Assembly: GCA_043826455.1 (NCBI GenBank)
Contig: JBDRQD010000039.1
Coordinates: forward strand, 923 to 64,922
Direction of reading: 5' to 3'
DNA: 64,000 bases
DNA from: Candidatus Bathyarchaeota archaeon
GTDB lineage: Archaea > Thermoproteota > Bathyarchaeia > TCS64
A program made the translations under genes and the position numbers. This document shows, piece after piece, positions 28,135-36,897 of this stretch; the first letter of the stretch is position 1; every line of letters begins with the position of its first letter. Under the pieces are notes generated by a model. The model made no database searches and was not told the origin of the DNA. It saw nothing but the letters and a program-made list of their open reading frames with translations.

Positions 28135-28174
28135 GGAGGTTTTTCTTCCCGTATTTGATCCCCACTACTTTTTT
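28135..28174 (+). terminator. T6-terminated conserved box (GGAGGTTTTTCTTCCCGTATTTGATCCCCACTACTTTTTT) downstream of the MFS gene
   Basis: An oligo-T tract follows the gene end. The box recurs at 42942-42984, 43046-43077 and (minus strand) 34405-34430. Confidence 0.45.
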
Positions 28175-28253
28175 CCATGCCGGGGCTCAAAGGAAGAAGC
28201 GTATACATATGATGAATGCCATGTAATATCGAAAAGGGACCGTTGAAAATGAA

Positions 28254-29645
28254 CTAGATCAGTAGTGGCCACAGGAAGTAGGCCATGATGACTGTCAGGA
28301 GCCCTCCTGCCACGTCCAGCAGGAAACCTGCCTTGATCATCTCCCTCATGGTCACCTTGCCCGTGCTGTAGGCGATGGCGTTAGGCGGAGTCCCAACGGG
28401 CAGCATGAAGTCCAGGCTGGTGCTGATGCCCACGGCCACGGCCAGGATGACGGGGCTGACCCCGGTCTGCTGGCCCAGGCTTATGGCTATGGGTAGGAAG
28501 ATGCCGGCGCTGGCCGTGTTGCTTGCGATGACGCTGAGGCCCAAGCCCGCGAAGGTGACTATGGCAATGGTCAGTATGGGGTTGCCGCCGCCGGTGAACA
28601 TGTTGAGGGTGTTGCTGATGACGTCCACCAGGCCCGAGACTTCCAGGGCCGCCCCCAGGCTCAGACCGCCGCCTATGAGGAGCAAGGTGGACCATTTGCC
28701 GTCCCTTATGTCGGACTCGCCCAGAAGGTCCGTGAAGTAGAGCACCACGATGATGACCCCCGCAACCACGGCGCTGCTGTACCCGTGGCCTCCCCAGCCT
28801 ATGAGGTTCGCTATGGGCTCGGGCAGCTTCTCTGTGATCCAGGCCAGTACGGCGAAGGCGAAGACGATTAGGGTGTTCCTCTGGTTCACCGTGAGTTCTG
28901 TGGAGTCCCTCTCGATCTTGGGTATCTCCGTCACGTTGGTGGGGAATATGGCGAAGAGGACCACCCAGGTTATCAGTATCTGAATGGCGGCGATGGGCAG
29001 CCCGTAGAACATCCAGCCCAGGAAGCTTATCTGGTAGCCTATGCTGGTCTTGAGGCTGGCCGCGGCCATAGCGCAGGTGGTGGTGCCCACCAGGGTGCCC
29101 AGGCCGCCGGCTGTGGCCGAGTAGGCGATGGCCAGGACCATGATCTTGCTGAAGTTACCCTTAGAGTCGTGGATGCCCTCTGTGATCTTCATCGCCATGG
29201 CTATGAGGAGGGCTGTGGCTGCGCTGTTGCTGATCCACAGGCTGAGGAACCCGGTGGCTATCATGATGGCCAGGGTGACGCCCTTGGGCCCGGCCTTGAC
29301 CTTGGACAGGATCATGTAGGCGAAGTACTCGTCCAGGTCGTACTTCTCCACGGCCACTGCCAGCAGGAAGCCTCCGAGCAGGAGCATGACGGTGGTGTCG
29401 AAGAAGGGTACCAGGGCCTTGCTGAAGCTCTGGACCCCCAGGAACTGCTGCATAAGGGGTATCATGATGCTGGTGGCGGCCAGGGGCACGGCCTCCGTCA
29501 TCCACAGGCCAGCCGCGACTATGAGGATGACTAGGGCGGACCTCTGTGCGGGGGTGAGGACGCCGGCGGTCTGGGTATGGGCGAAGACTGCTAGAAGTGT
29601 AACAACTGCGACGACGATTACTCTCTTCTGGTTCAAGGTGGTCAC
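28254..29645 (-). CDS. DASS/SLC13-type anion permease
   Basis: 463 aa with two SN(S/T)A hairpin motifs (ISNSAATALL, ASNTASAG). Confidence 0.8.
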   Translation of the reverse strand: MTTLNQKRVIVVAVVTLLAVFAHTQTAGVLTPAQRSALVILIVAAGLWMTEAVPLAATSIMIPLMQQFLGVQSFSKALVPFFDTTVMLLLGGFLLAVAVEKYDLDEYFAYMILSKVKAGPKGVTLAIMIATGFLSLWISNSAATALLIAMAMKITEGIHDSKGNFSKIMVLAIAYSATAGGLGTLVGTTTCAMAAASLKTSIGYQISFLGWMFYGLPIAAIQILITWVVLFAIFPTNVTEIPKIERDSTELTVNQRNTLIVFAFAVLAWITEKLPEPIANLIGWGGHGYSSAVVAGVIIVVLYFTDLLGESDIRDGKWSTLLLIGGGLSLGAALEVSGLVDVISNTLNMFTGGGNPILTIAIVTFAGLGLSVIASNTASAGIFLPIAISLGQQTGVSPVILAVAVGISTSLDFMLPVGTPPNAIAYSTGKVTMREMIKAGFLLDVAGGLLTVIMAYFLWPLLI

Positions 29646-29646
29646 T

Positions 29647-29919
29647 CTACAGCTGCTTGTAGGATATGATCTCCAGTTTCTCCTCCTGGGCCAGCTCGTC
29701 CAGGAGCCTCTTCACGTCGAATATGTTCTCCAGGTCCACCATCAGGTACATGACGGCGAGGCTGGGGTAGTTCTTCTCGGCGGCTACCATGAATGGGGGC
29801 ACCGCCACGCTGGTGGTGAAGTCGACTGTGAACTTCTGGTTCTTGAGCTTGTTTGCGAACTTGCGGAGAATAATGTTGTCGATTATATCTCCGCGGACCA
29901 CTATCTCCACTGTTACCAT
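29647..29919 (-). CDS. Small hypothetical protein (90 aa) abutting the DASS permease start
   Basis: Internal ATG of track ORF 29647..30072. There is a 1-nt gap to the downstream gene. Confidence 0.45.
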   Translation of the reverse strand: MVTVEIVVRGDIIDNIILRKFANKLKNQKFTVDFTTSVAVPPFMVAAEKNYPSLAVMYLMVDLENIFDVKRLLDELAQEEKLEIISYKQL

Positions 29920-30080
29920 CTTAGCCAAGGCGCTCACCTGTCTCCGAAATCCGTTTAAGGAAACACGGCTAGAATAAAAAACTATTTGAAACAATAAAAA
30001 AGAAGGCTTACAGCGATACCTTGGCACGCCCCTGTGGGCGTGAAGATATAAGGGTAGGCGTCTCTGGATCAAGGAGATCC

Positions 30081-30551
30081 ATGAGCATCGTTAAGCTGCC
30101 CTGGATGAGCGGCGAGGAGGTGGACGCCCTCATAGGCACCCAGATCATGTGCAGGATCGCCTTCAAGGGGGACGAGTACCCGTACCTAGCCCCCTTCAGG
30201 TACGTGTCCATGGGCGGGGTCCTGTACTTCCACTTCACCGAATACGGCAAGAAGATGAGGCTCCTCAAGCAGGATGGCAGGTGCTGTGTCCAGATTGAGC
30301 GCTATACGCCCGACCTGAGCAGCTACAGCTTCGTTTCCCTCAGGGGGAGGCTGGAAGAGGTGACCGACCCGAAGGAGAGGAAGAAGGCCGTGGGGCTCTT
30401 CAGGGAGTCGGGGAAGACCCTGTCCACCAGGTTCCTGGCGGCCCACGGCTTGGACTCGGGGGACGGGTGGGACGCCTTCACCGCGGATAAGGACCTGGTA
30501 ATCGTCAAGCTGGTGGATGTCGTGGAGAAGGTGGGGTTGAAGAACCCGTAG
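30081..30551 (+). CDS. Pyridoxamine 5'-phosphate oxidase-like flavin-binding protein
   Basis: Split-barrel family pattern (CRIAFKGDEYPYLAPFRYV...). Confidence 0.7.
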   Translation: MSIVKLPWMSGEEVDALIGTQIMCRIAFKGDEYPYLAPFRYVSMGGVLYFHFTEYGKKMRLLKQDGRCCVQIERYTPDLSSYSFVSLRGRLEEVTDPKERKKAVGLFRESGKTLSTRFLAAHGLDSGDGWDAFTADKDLVIVKLVDVVEKVGLKNP

Positions 30552-30625
30552 GCCAAGCCGACCACACTCCAATGTGTTAAAAGCACGTCTAACCCATTTT
30601 CCTCACGTTCTGGTGGAGATAGACG

Positions 30626-31756
30626 TTGAAGATCACCAAGGTAGAGATTATCCCCGTCGACGTGCCTCGCAGCAAGGCCCTGGTCATATCCCGGTACGGG
30701 TCCCTGGGGGAGGGTAAGCCCTTCCAGTTCGTCCTAGCCCGGGTGCACACCGACGAGGGGGTCACAGGGGTGGGGGAGGTTCCGCCCTTACCGCCCCTGT
30801 CCCCGGAGAGCCAGCCCGTCATAGTGGAGGTGCTCAGGAACTGGGTGGTCCCCAGCGTCCTGGGGATGGACCCCTTCGAGACGGAGGCCGTCTGGGAGAA
30901 GATGGACTACATTGCGCCCACGTACCCCATGGCCAAGGCGGTCATAGACCTGGCCCTATGGGATATCATAGGTAAGAGCCTGGGCCTACCAGTGTACAGG
31001 CTGCTGGGAGGCTCCAAGCCTGAGCCCATACCCAACGTGGGGCTCATAGGGATCGACGCCCCAGAGAAGGTGGCGGCTATCGCGTCGAGCATGGTCTCGG
31101 AGGGGTACACGGGTATTAGGCTCAAGATAGGGCCTAGCCGCGACGTGGAATGCGTCGAGGCGGTTCGGGATGCTATCGGCGAGGAGGTCACCCTGCGGGT
31201 GGACTGCAACCAGGGGTACAGGGTGGCGGATGCCGTGAAGATGATAAGGGCCATAGAGCCCTATGGCGTGGAGTTCGTGGAGCAGCCTACCGTCTGGTGG
31301 GACTTCAGGGGCTTGGCTGAGGTGGCTGCGGCCGTGGACACACCCATCATGCCCCACGAGTCCATGTACCTGCTCTCGGACGTGAAGAGCCTCATCGACA
31401 TGGGGGCCGTGGGGGTCCTGGGCCTGAAGACTTACAGGCCGTGGGGCGGCCTCACCGGGGCGCGGAGGCTACTGGAGATGGCCCGGGTGATGAACATACC
31501 CTGCATGTTCCACGACGACGTGGAGCTGGGCGTCAGCCTCTCAGCGGCCACCCACATTATATCCGCGTACAAGCGGGTCATAACCCACAAGTGCGAGCTC
31601 TCTGGGTGCCCCGAGTGGGTCAAGGACGATCTAGTGAAGAAGCCTGTGAGGTTCGAGAAGGGACATGTATATGTCCCCGAGGGCCCTGGGCTGGGCGTGG
31701 AACTGGACGAGTCCAAGCTAAAAAAGTACTCCAAGGGCGTCATAGCCCTGGAGTAA
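30626..31756 (+). CDS. Enolase-superfamily enzyme (mandelate racemase/muconate lactonizing; dipeptide-epimerase-like)
   Basis: N-terminal capping domain plus a TIM barrel with LRVDCNQGY and FVEQP motifs. Confidence 0.85.
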   Translation: MKITKVEIIPVDVPRSKALVISRYGSLGEGKPFQFVLARVHTDEGVTGVGEVPPLPPLSPESQPVIVEVLRNWVVPSVLGMDPFETEAVWEKMDYIAPTYPMAKAVIDLALWDIIGKSLGLPVYRLLGGSKPEPIPNVGLIGIDAPEKVAAIASSMVSEGYTGIRLKIGPSRDVECVEAVRDAIGEEVTLRVDCNQGYRVADAVKMIRAIEPYGVEFVEQPTVWWDFRGLAEVAAAVDTPIMPHESMYLLSDVKSLIDMGAVGVLGLKTYRPWGGLTGARRLLEMARVMNIPCMFHDDVELGVSLSAATHIISAYKRVITHKCELSGCPEWVKDDLVKKPVRFEKGHVYVPEGPGLGVELDESKLKKYSKGVIALE

Positions 31757-31780
31757 ACCCCTTTTCTTAGAGGTGAAGGG

Positions 31781-33370
31781 TTACTGGTCCCTGTGGTATA
31801 GTATCTTGCCGTTGACGAGGGTCATGTAGCACTTGGCGTCCCTGATGGTCTCGGGCGCGATCTCGGTGAGGTCCCTGTCGAATACTGCTATGTCGGCAAG
31901 CTTGCCCGCCTCTACGCTGCCCACGTGGTTCTCGTGGAACCCTGCGTAGGCTGAGTTCAGGGTGTAGCACTTCACGGCCTCTACGAGGCTGATCCTGCTC
32001 TCCCTGATGGGGTGGTTGACGGCACTCCAGATGCCGTAAATCGGGTTGAAGGGCATGCCGTCGCTGCCGAAGGCCACCGTTATGCCCTCGTCCAGCAGCA
32101 CCCTGTACGGGTTGCTGGCCCTGTCCCGCCTCTCCCCTAGGCGCTGCCTGTACATGCTTCCGGGGCCGCTCCACTCGCCTATGAAGTTGGGCTGCATGGC
32201 CGGGATGATGCCCAGCTCTCTGATGCGCTCTATCTGCTGTGCGCTCAGTATCTCGCAGTGCTCTATCCTGTGCCTGTGGTTCTTCCTGGGCTCGCGCCTT
32301 AGGGTCTCTTGGATGCTGTCAATGACGTGCTCTATGGCCAGGTCGCCTATGGCGTGGATGGCCACCTGGAACCCGTGGCCGTGGGCGGCGCTAGCCTTCT
32401 CTGTGATGACCGCCGGGTCCTCCAGCAGTAACCCGGTAGTTGAGGGGTCGTCCTCGTAGGGCTCGAAGAGGGCCGCTGTGTGGGCGCCCAGGCTACCGTC
32501 GATGAGCAGCTTCACCGGGCCAACGCGGAGGAATCTGTCGCCGAAACCGGTCTTGATGCCCAGCTTCATGGCTGCCTCCGGCGTCTCCGTCCGGAGCATG
32601 ACATTGGCCCGTACCTTCAGGTAGCCGTTGTCGTGGGCTGTCTGGTAGGCCGTGATCTCCTGGGGGCCCAGGCCGGCGTCATGGATGCCGGTACAGCCGA
32701 GGCTTAGGGCGTGGTCGCTGGCTACTTTAAGGCCCTCCACCATGGTCTCGGTGCTGGTGGGAGGGATCACCCTCCAGACCAGGTCCCTGCAGTCCCTGAG
32801 GATGCCCACGGGTTCACCTTTCTCATCCTTGTCGATGGTGCCTCCGTCAGGGTCTGGGGTTTCCGAGGTGATGCCTGCCAGCTTCATGGCCTTGTTGTTG
32901 ATGCTCACCAGGTGGCCGCAGATGCGGACCAGGGCTACCGGCTTGTCGGGGACAACGGCGTCGATGTCCTCAGCCGTGATGTACCTGTTCTCCGGCCACT
33001 TGGCCTCGTCGTAGCCGCGGCCTATGATCCACTCGCCGGGCTTGGCCTTCTCGGCCCGCTTCCTGATGAGCTCCAGGGCGTCCTTCATGGTAGCCGTGTA
33101 CCTTATGGCCACGCTGGTGAGCATGCTGACGCCCATCCAGGCGAAGTGGCAGTGGCTGTCTATGAGTCCGGGCGTCACGGTCATCCCCGTGACGTCGTAG
33201 ACCTCGGAGCCCGGAGGTATCTCCACCTCTCCTCTCTTCCCTGCGGCTACGATGTACTCGTCCCGCAGGACGACAACGGAGTCTTTGATTGGGTCTGCAC
33301 CCGTCCCGTCTATGAGGGTGCCTCCCACAAGTACGCGTGGGCACGAAACTAGTGACATTTTGGATACCAT
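31781..33370 (-). CDS. Amidohydrolase-3 (YtcJ-like) hydrolase
   Basis: PGLIDSHCHF motif. Paralogous in layout to 16570..18210. Confidence 0.8.
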   Translation of the reverse strand: MVSKMSLVSCPRVLVGGTLIDGTGADPIKDSVVVLRDEYIVAAGKRGEVEIPPGSEVYDVTGMTVTPGLIDSHCHFAWMGVSMLTSVAIRYTATMKDALELIRKRAEKAKPGEWIIGRGYDEAKWPENRYITAEDIDAVVPDKPVALVRICGHLVSINNKAMKLAGITSETPDPDGGTIDKDEKGEPVGILRDCRDLVWRVIPPTSTETMVEGLKVASDHALSLGCTGIHDAGLGPQEITAYQTAHDNGYLKVRANVMLRTETPEAAMKLGIKTGFGDRFLRVGPVKLLIDGSLGAHTAALFEPYEDDPSTTGLLLEDPAVITEKASAAHGHGFQVAIHAIGDLAIEHVIDSIQETLRREPRKNHRHRIEHCEILSAQQIERIRELGIIPAMQPNFIGEWSGPGSMYRQRLGERRDRASNPYRVLLDEGITVAFGSDGMPFNPIYGIWSAVNHPIRESRISLVEAVKCYTLNSAYAGFHENHVGSVEAGKLADIAVFDRDLTEIAPETIRDAKCYMTLVNGKILYHRDQ

Positions 33371-33594
33371 TCGCAGAGGCCACCACCATATAAATCTTTA
33401 CATTTTCCGCAGCTAGACTGCGATCACTGGTTTAAATGGCGGTTGATATGAGGGGGAACCGCAGCAATATTTACGAATTCAGCATTGTGGGCCTCTCGGT
33501 GTGCCATAAACATAGTTTAGGGGTGCTTAGACTGTGTTTTCCGTAGCGTGGAGGGTTCAGTAGAGCTTATCTATGAGAAGTCTTATTGTTTGCT

Positions 33595-33672
33595 GGGCTC
33601 GTAGTCTAGCCAGGATAGGATTCTGGCCTGCGGAGCCGGAGGTCGTGGGTTCGAATCCCACCGAGCCCGCCA
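33595..33672 (+). tRNA. tRNA-Arg (GCG), CCA encoded
   Basis: GGGCTCGTAGTCTAGCCAGGATAGGATTCTGGCCTGCGGAGCCGGAGGTCGTGGGTTCGAATCCCACCGAGCCCGCCA folds as a cloverleaf with anticodon loop CTGCGGA. Confidence 0.9.
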
Positions 33673-34089
33673 CGGCACCAGCAACACTTGCAATAGACCG
33701 GCTAAAGCGTGACCCAAGACGTGCAACGCATGCTCGGCTTACATGCAGAACCTTTTAATTCTACAGCGCTTCCATGGTGTGTCACGAGGTTTTAAGAGTG
33801 CCACAGAGCAAACAAGAGAAGAAAGACGGCCTAAAGAAACACAAGCAGCAGCAGAGAGAAAAGAAACAACAGACCAAGATGAGGAAAAATGTTTCTCTTC
33901 CCGCCGGATACAAAAAGAAGAAATGAGCTTACACAGCTTTCATCAACCCTGAGCTGATTGTACACTTTTAAGAGCCTGAGCGTGGAATGGGCCAGCCCTA
34001 AACATAAAAAAGGCTCAGGGGTCGTCCGCATCAAGGAGTGGCTTCAACCCCACGAGTCGCTCATCGAAAAACTCGAGAGGTTTTTGGTT

Positions 34090-34425
34090 AACCGTGTTTT
34101 CTGGGCTCCAGAGTCAAAGAGGAAGCACCTCAACGAGTAAAAGCATGAGGCAAAAGATGGAATTTTTTTCCGCCTTATCCCGGCTGGCACGGGATAAGCC
34201 ACCTAACTAACGATATGCCCCTCGCACCAGCACCACAGCCCCAGAGAGGGGGGAGGGGGTAGAGCAAAATGAACCTGAAACAGGTGCCCCAGGCCAAAAG
34301 GAGGCTGGGAAACACGCCTTTGCCGTCCTATTCTATGCAGAAACGCCGTCCATTCCATACAGAGACACGGTCATTTCAGCGCATCAGGCACGGTACTGAT
34401 GTGCAAAAAAAGTAGGGGGTATCGT
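34090..34425 (+). repeat. Inverted-repeat partner L (~340 bp)
   Basis: Aligns by eye at roughly 70-75%, with indels, to the reverse complement of 43055-43410. Confidence 0.65.
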
Positions 34426-34430
34426 ATATT
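34405..34430 (-). terminator. T7-terminated conserved box on the minus strand (CGATACCCCCTACTTTTTTT)
   Basis: Downstream of the minus-strand LLM gene and small-ORF unit. Same box family as 28135-28174. Confidence 0.4.
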
Positions 34431-34596
34431 AGAGAATATTTTCATCAATAAAAGAATATGTTGAGCCTCAGGGAAACGTACTCGTTCATGTTCCAGAGGT
34501 ATCCGGGCGGGTCGCGCCGTCAAGATGTTCAAGACATTGCTCCAGTTCGCAGGGTGGATGTGAGACCCGGCATAGGACCGGTTTATGGCTCCAAAT

Positions 34597-34728
34597 CTAC
34601 CTATGTTTATCGAGGTTCTTTTGGCGCCACTTGTCCAGTGTGCGCTGCTTCTCGTCGAGGCTGGCATAGAACTCCCTCAGACAGTCCTGCTCCGTGATGA
34701 TCCTCTTCTTGCTGTCCGAGACGCTCAT
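34597..34728 (-). CDS. Candidate small protein (43 aa, MSVSDSKKRIITEQDCLREFYASLDEKQRTLDKWRQKNLDKHR)
   Basis: Host-like codon usage. A TTTATAG box ends 23 nt upstream of the ATG, a spacing compatible with a leaderless transcript. Too short for the ORF track. Confidence 0.35.
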   Translation of the reverse strand: MSVSDSKKRIITEQDCLREFYASLDEKQRTLDKWRQKNLDKHR

Positions 34729-34870
34729 AGCGGCTGGTACATACTCTGAGTCTATAAATGGAAAATGGAGCCCTGTTTAGGAACACGCTTCAATGCAATT
34801 GGGTGCCGCTGTTGAACCCTTGTAAGAGCTTAGAGGCGGCTCACCCAGATATACAGGGATAAAAAGGAGT

Positions 34871-35875
34871 CTAGGCCTGTTCCTTGAAGTGGGGCAGAAC
34901 CTCCTTACCGAACAAGTTGATGGCGTTCTTCTTGTCGGGCCCCAGGGGCGACCCCGTCACGAAGTGGCTGACACCCTTCCCCAGAATGGTGTCAATCTTC
35001 TCTACGCACATGTCCGGTGAGCCGCAGACGGAGAAGGCGTCTATCATGTCCGAGTCCACGGCGCCGAAGGCCTCACCCCAGTTCCGCTCAGCCAGGTTCC
35101 CCCGGATACCATCGGCCACCTCCACGCTGATGCCGAAGTTCTCCAGGACCGAGGCCGGGCTGCCCGCCACTATGTAGGCCACCACGGGCACCACCGCCTT
35201 CTTGGCCTTCTTCTCAGTCTCAGCTACACTGAAGGAGGTGTACGCGGCCACGTCCACGTCCTCAAACTTTCTGCCGGCGTCCTCGGCCCCCTTCCGTATC
35301 TGCTTCACCGCCCGGTCAATGTCCTCCGGGTGAGACGCGTTGATGAGGGCCCCGTCCCCTATGGCCCCGGCGAGCTGGAGCATCTTGGGTCCCTGGGCCC
35401 CCACGTATATGGGTATGTGGTTCTCCACCTTGAAGTTGAACTTGGCTCCCGGCTTTATCTTGTAGACGGAGCCCTCGTAGCCCTCTTTCTCCCTGGCCAG
35501 CTGCCTCCTGATGATCTCCACGGTCTCCCTCACCGTCCTCACGGGGTTGGTCATCTCGGCGCCCACTATGTCCAGGGAGGTCCTGTCCCCTGCGCCTATG
35601 CCGCACAGCACCCGCCCGGGGGCCACCTCGTCGAGGGACGCCACGGACTGGGCCGTCATCACCGGGTGGACCAGGTAGGGGTTGGTGACCCCGGGGCCCA
35701 TCCTGATCTTGTCAGTGTAGTTGGCTATGAAGCTCAGGCTGACGTAGACGTTCCTATTGTTGAAGTGGTCCGTGATCCAGACGCTGTCGTAGCCCAGCTT
35801 CTCAGCCTGTACAGAGTAGTAGGTGGTCTTCCAGAACAGCTCCATGGGCACGAACTCGATGCCGAAGCTTACCAT
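34871..35875 (-). CDS. LLM-class F420-dependent oxidoreductase (Mer-like)
   Basis: 334 aa. VWITDHF, GIGAGD and family-typical layout. Confidence 0.8.
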   Translation of the reverse strand: MVSFGIEFVPMELFWKTTYYSVQAEKLGYDSVWITDHFNNRNVYVSLSFIANYTDKIRMGPGVTNPYLVHPVMTAQSVASLDEVAPGRVLCGIGAGDRTSLDIVGAEMTNPVRTVRETVEIIRRQLAREKEGYEGSVYKIKPGAKFNFKVENHIPIYVGAQGPKMLQLAGAIGDGALINASHPEDIDRAVKQIRKGAEDAGRKFEDVDVAAYTSFSVAETEKKAKKAVVPVVAYIVAGSPASVLENFGISVEVADGIRGNLAERNWGEAFGAVDSDMIDAFSVCGSPDMCVEKIDTILGKGVSHFVTGSPLGPDKKNAINLFGKEVLPHFKEQA

Positions 35876-35899
35876 CTCTCCTCACCATCGATAAAAAAA

Positions 35900-36190
35900 T
35901 TAGAATTGTTTATCCCAGATGGGGCTGAACGCCTTCGCCAGGTTTTGCAGCTTGAACTCGTCCAGCACCTGGGCCAGCTTCTCAGGTTCAGCCCCAGCCA
36001 TGGCCTCCAGCAGGTGGGTGAGCCCCACCTGGCTGCCTAGCTGGTCCCTCTGCCAGTAGTGAAGGATGATCTTCGCAAGGTGGGGGGGAACAGCGCCTCT
36101 CCCCGACTCCAAGAGTATGTCTGTGAGCCTCTCGGCGAAGGGCTCTCTCGCCGTCTTCGGGATCAATTTGGCTAGCTCTCTATACTCCAT
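35900..36190 (-). CDS. Hypothetical protein (96 aa)
   Basis: ORF upstream of and co-oriented with the LLM gene. No recognisable family. Confidence 0.45.
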   Translation of the reverse strand: MEYRELAKLIPKTAREPFAERLTDILLESGRGAVPPHLAKIILHYWQRDQLGSQVGLTHLLEAMAGAEPEKLAQVLDEFKLQNLAKAFSPIWDKQF

Positions 36191-36230
36191 TTTTCACTCA
36201 ACATATACTATGATTCAGTTTCATTTGTGT

Positions 36231-36320
36231 TATTCGAAAACCCTAATCCTTGTTTTTCGAACCCTGTGCCATGTACATCGAACCTTTAGGACCCAAAACG
36301 TGTTGATTAAACTCGAAAAA
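36231..36320. promoter_or_regulatory. Array of TTCGAA-core boxes in the divergent promoter region next to the Lrp/AsnC gene
   Basis: TTCGAA at 36233 and 36256, ATCGAA at 36277 and CTCGAA at 36312. The first three are spaced 21-23 nt apart and followed by (A)ACCCT / ACCTT. Confidence 0.45.
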
Positions 36321-36441
36321 GAAAAACATAATTACTATAATTACAATATTTACTTATAAAAGGGGTGAGAAAAAAAATTGTATTTTAAAGATAAATTAGT
36401 GACCTATGGACACCAAAAATTAACAAAAACAGGTGACCTAA

Positions 36442-36888
36442 ATGTCGGTTGACAGGCTCGATCTACAGATAATCAGATCCCTCAACAAGAACGCGAGAAA
36501 ACCCTACAAGGACATCGCCAAGGAGCTGGACGTGAGCGACACCACCGTCCGGAAACGGATACAAAAGATGCTGGACGAAGGCATAATCAAGCAGTTCAAC
36601 GTCCTGCTGGATTACCACAAGATCGGGAGGATCATCAAGGCCTTCATAGGCATAAGGCTGAACCCTCCTCGACTGAAGGACGTGGTCAGCCACCTGGAAG
36701 ATAACCCCGACGTGCAGGTGCTCTACAGGACCACGGGGAACGTGGACCTGTTCGTGGAGGTCATCTTTAGGGACATGGAGGAGCTCAACGCCTTCCTGGA
36801 GAACGAGCTGAACGTGGAGGGAATCACAGGGACAGAGGTAACCATAGTCATCGGCCCTTACAAGAGGTGCCCGTGCACAGGGCTCTAG
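36442..36888 (+). CDS. Lrp/AsnC family transcriptional regulator
   Basis: LDLQIIRSLNKNARKPYKDIAKELDVSDTTVRKRIQKM HTH plus RAM domain. Confidence 0.85.
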   Translation: MSVDRLDLQIIRSLNKNARKPYKDIAKELDVSDTTVRKRIQKMLDEGIIKQFNVLLDYHKIGRIIKAFIGIRLNPPRLKDVVSHLEDNPDVQVLYRTTGNVDLFVEVIFRDMEELNAFLENELNVEGITGTEVTIVIGPYKRCPCTGL

Positions 36889-36897
36889 CCGGTCACC

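Noticed and set aside
33673-34870. Hidden structured RNA gene (RNase P RNA, SRP RNA, riboswitch) in the gene-poor stretch after tRNA-Arg, and in the valS leader (42556-42852).
   Set aside because: I could not find the universal RNase P CR-I/CR-V-like strings or the SRP domain IV motif. Without a covariance-model search I cannot support any call.
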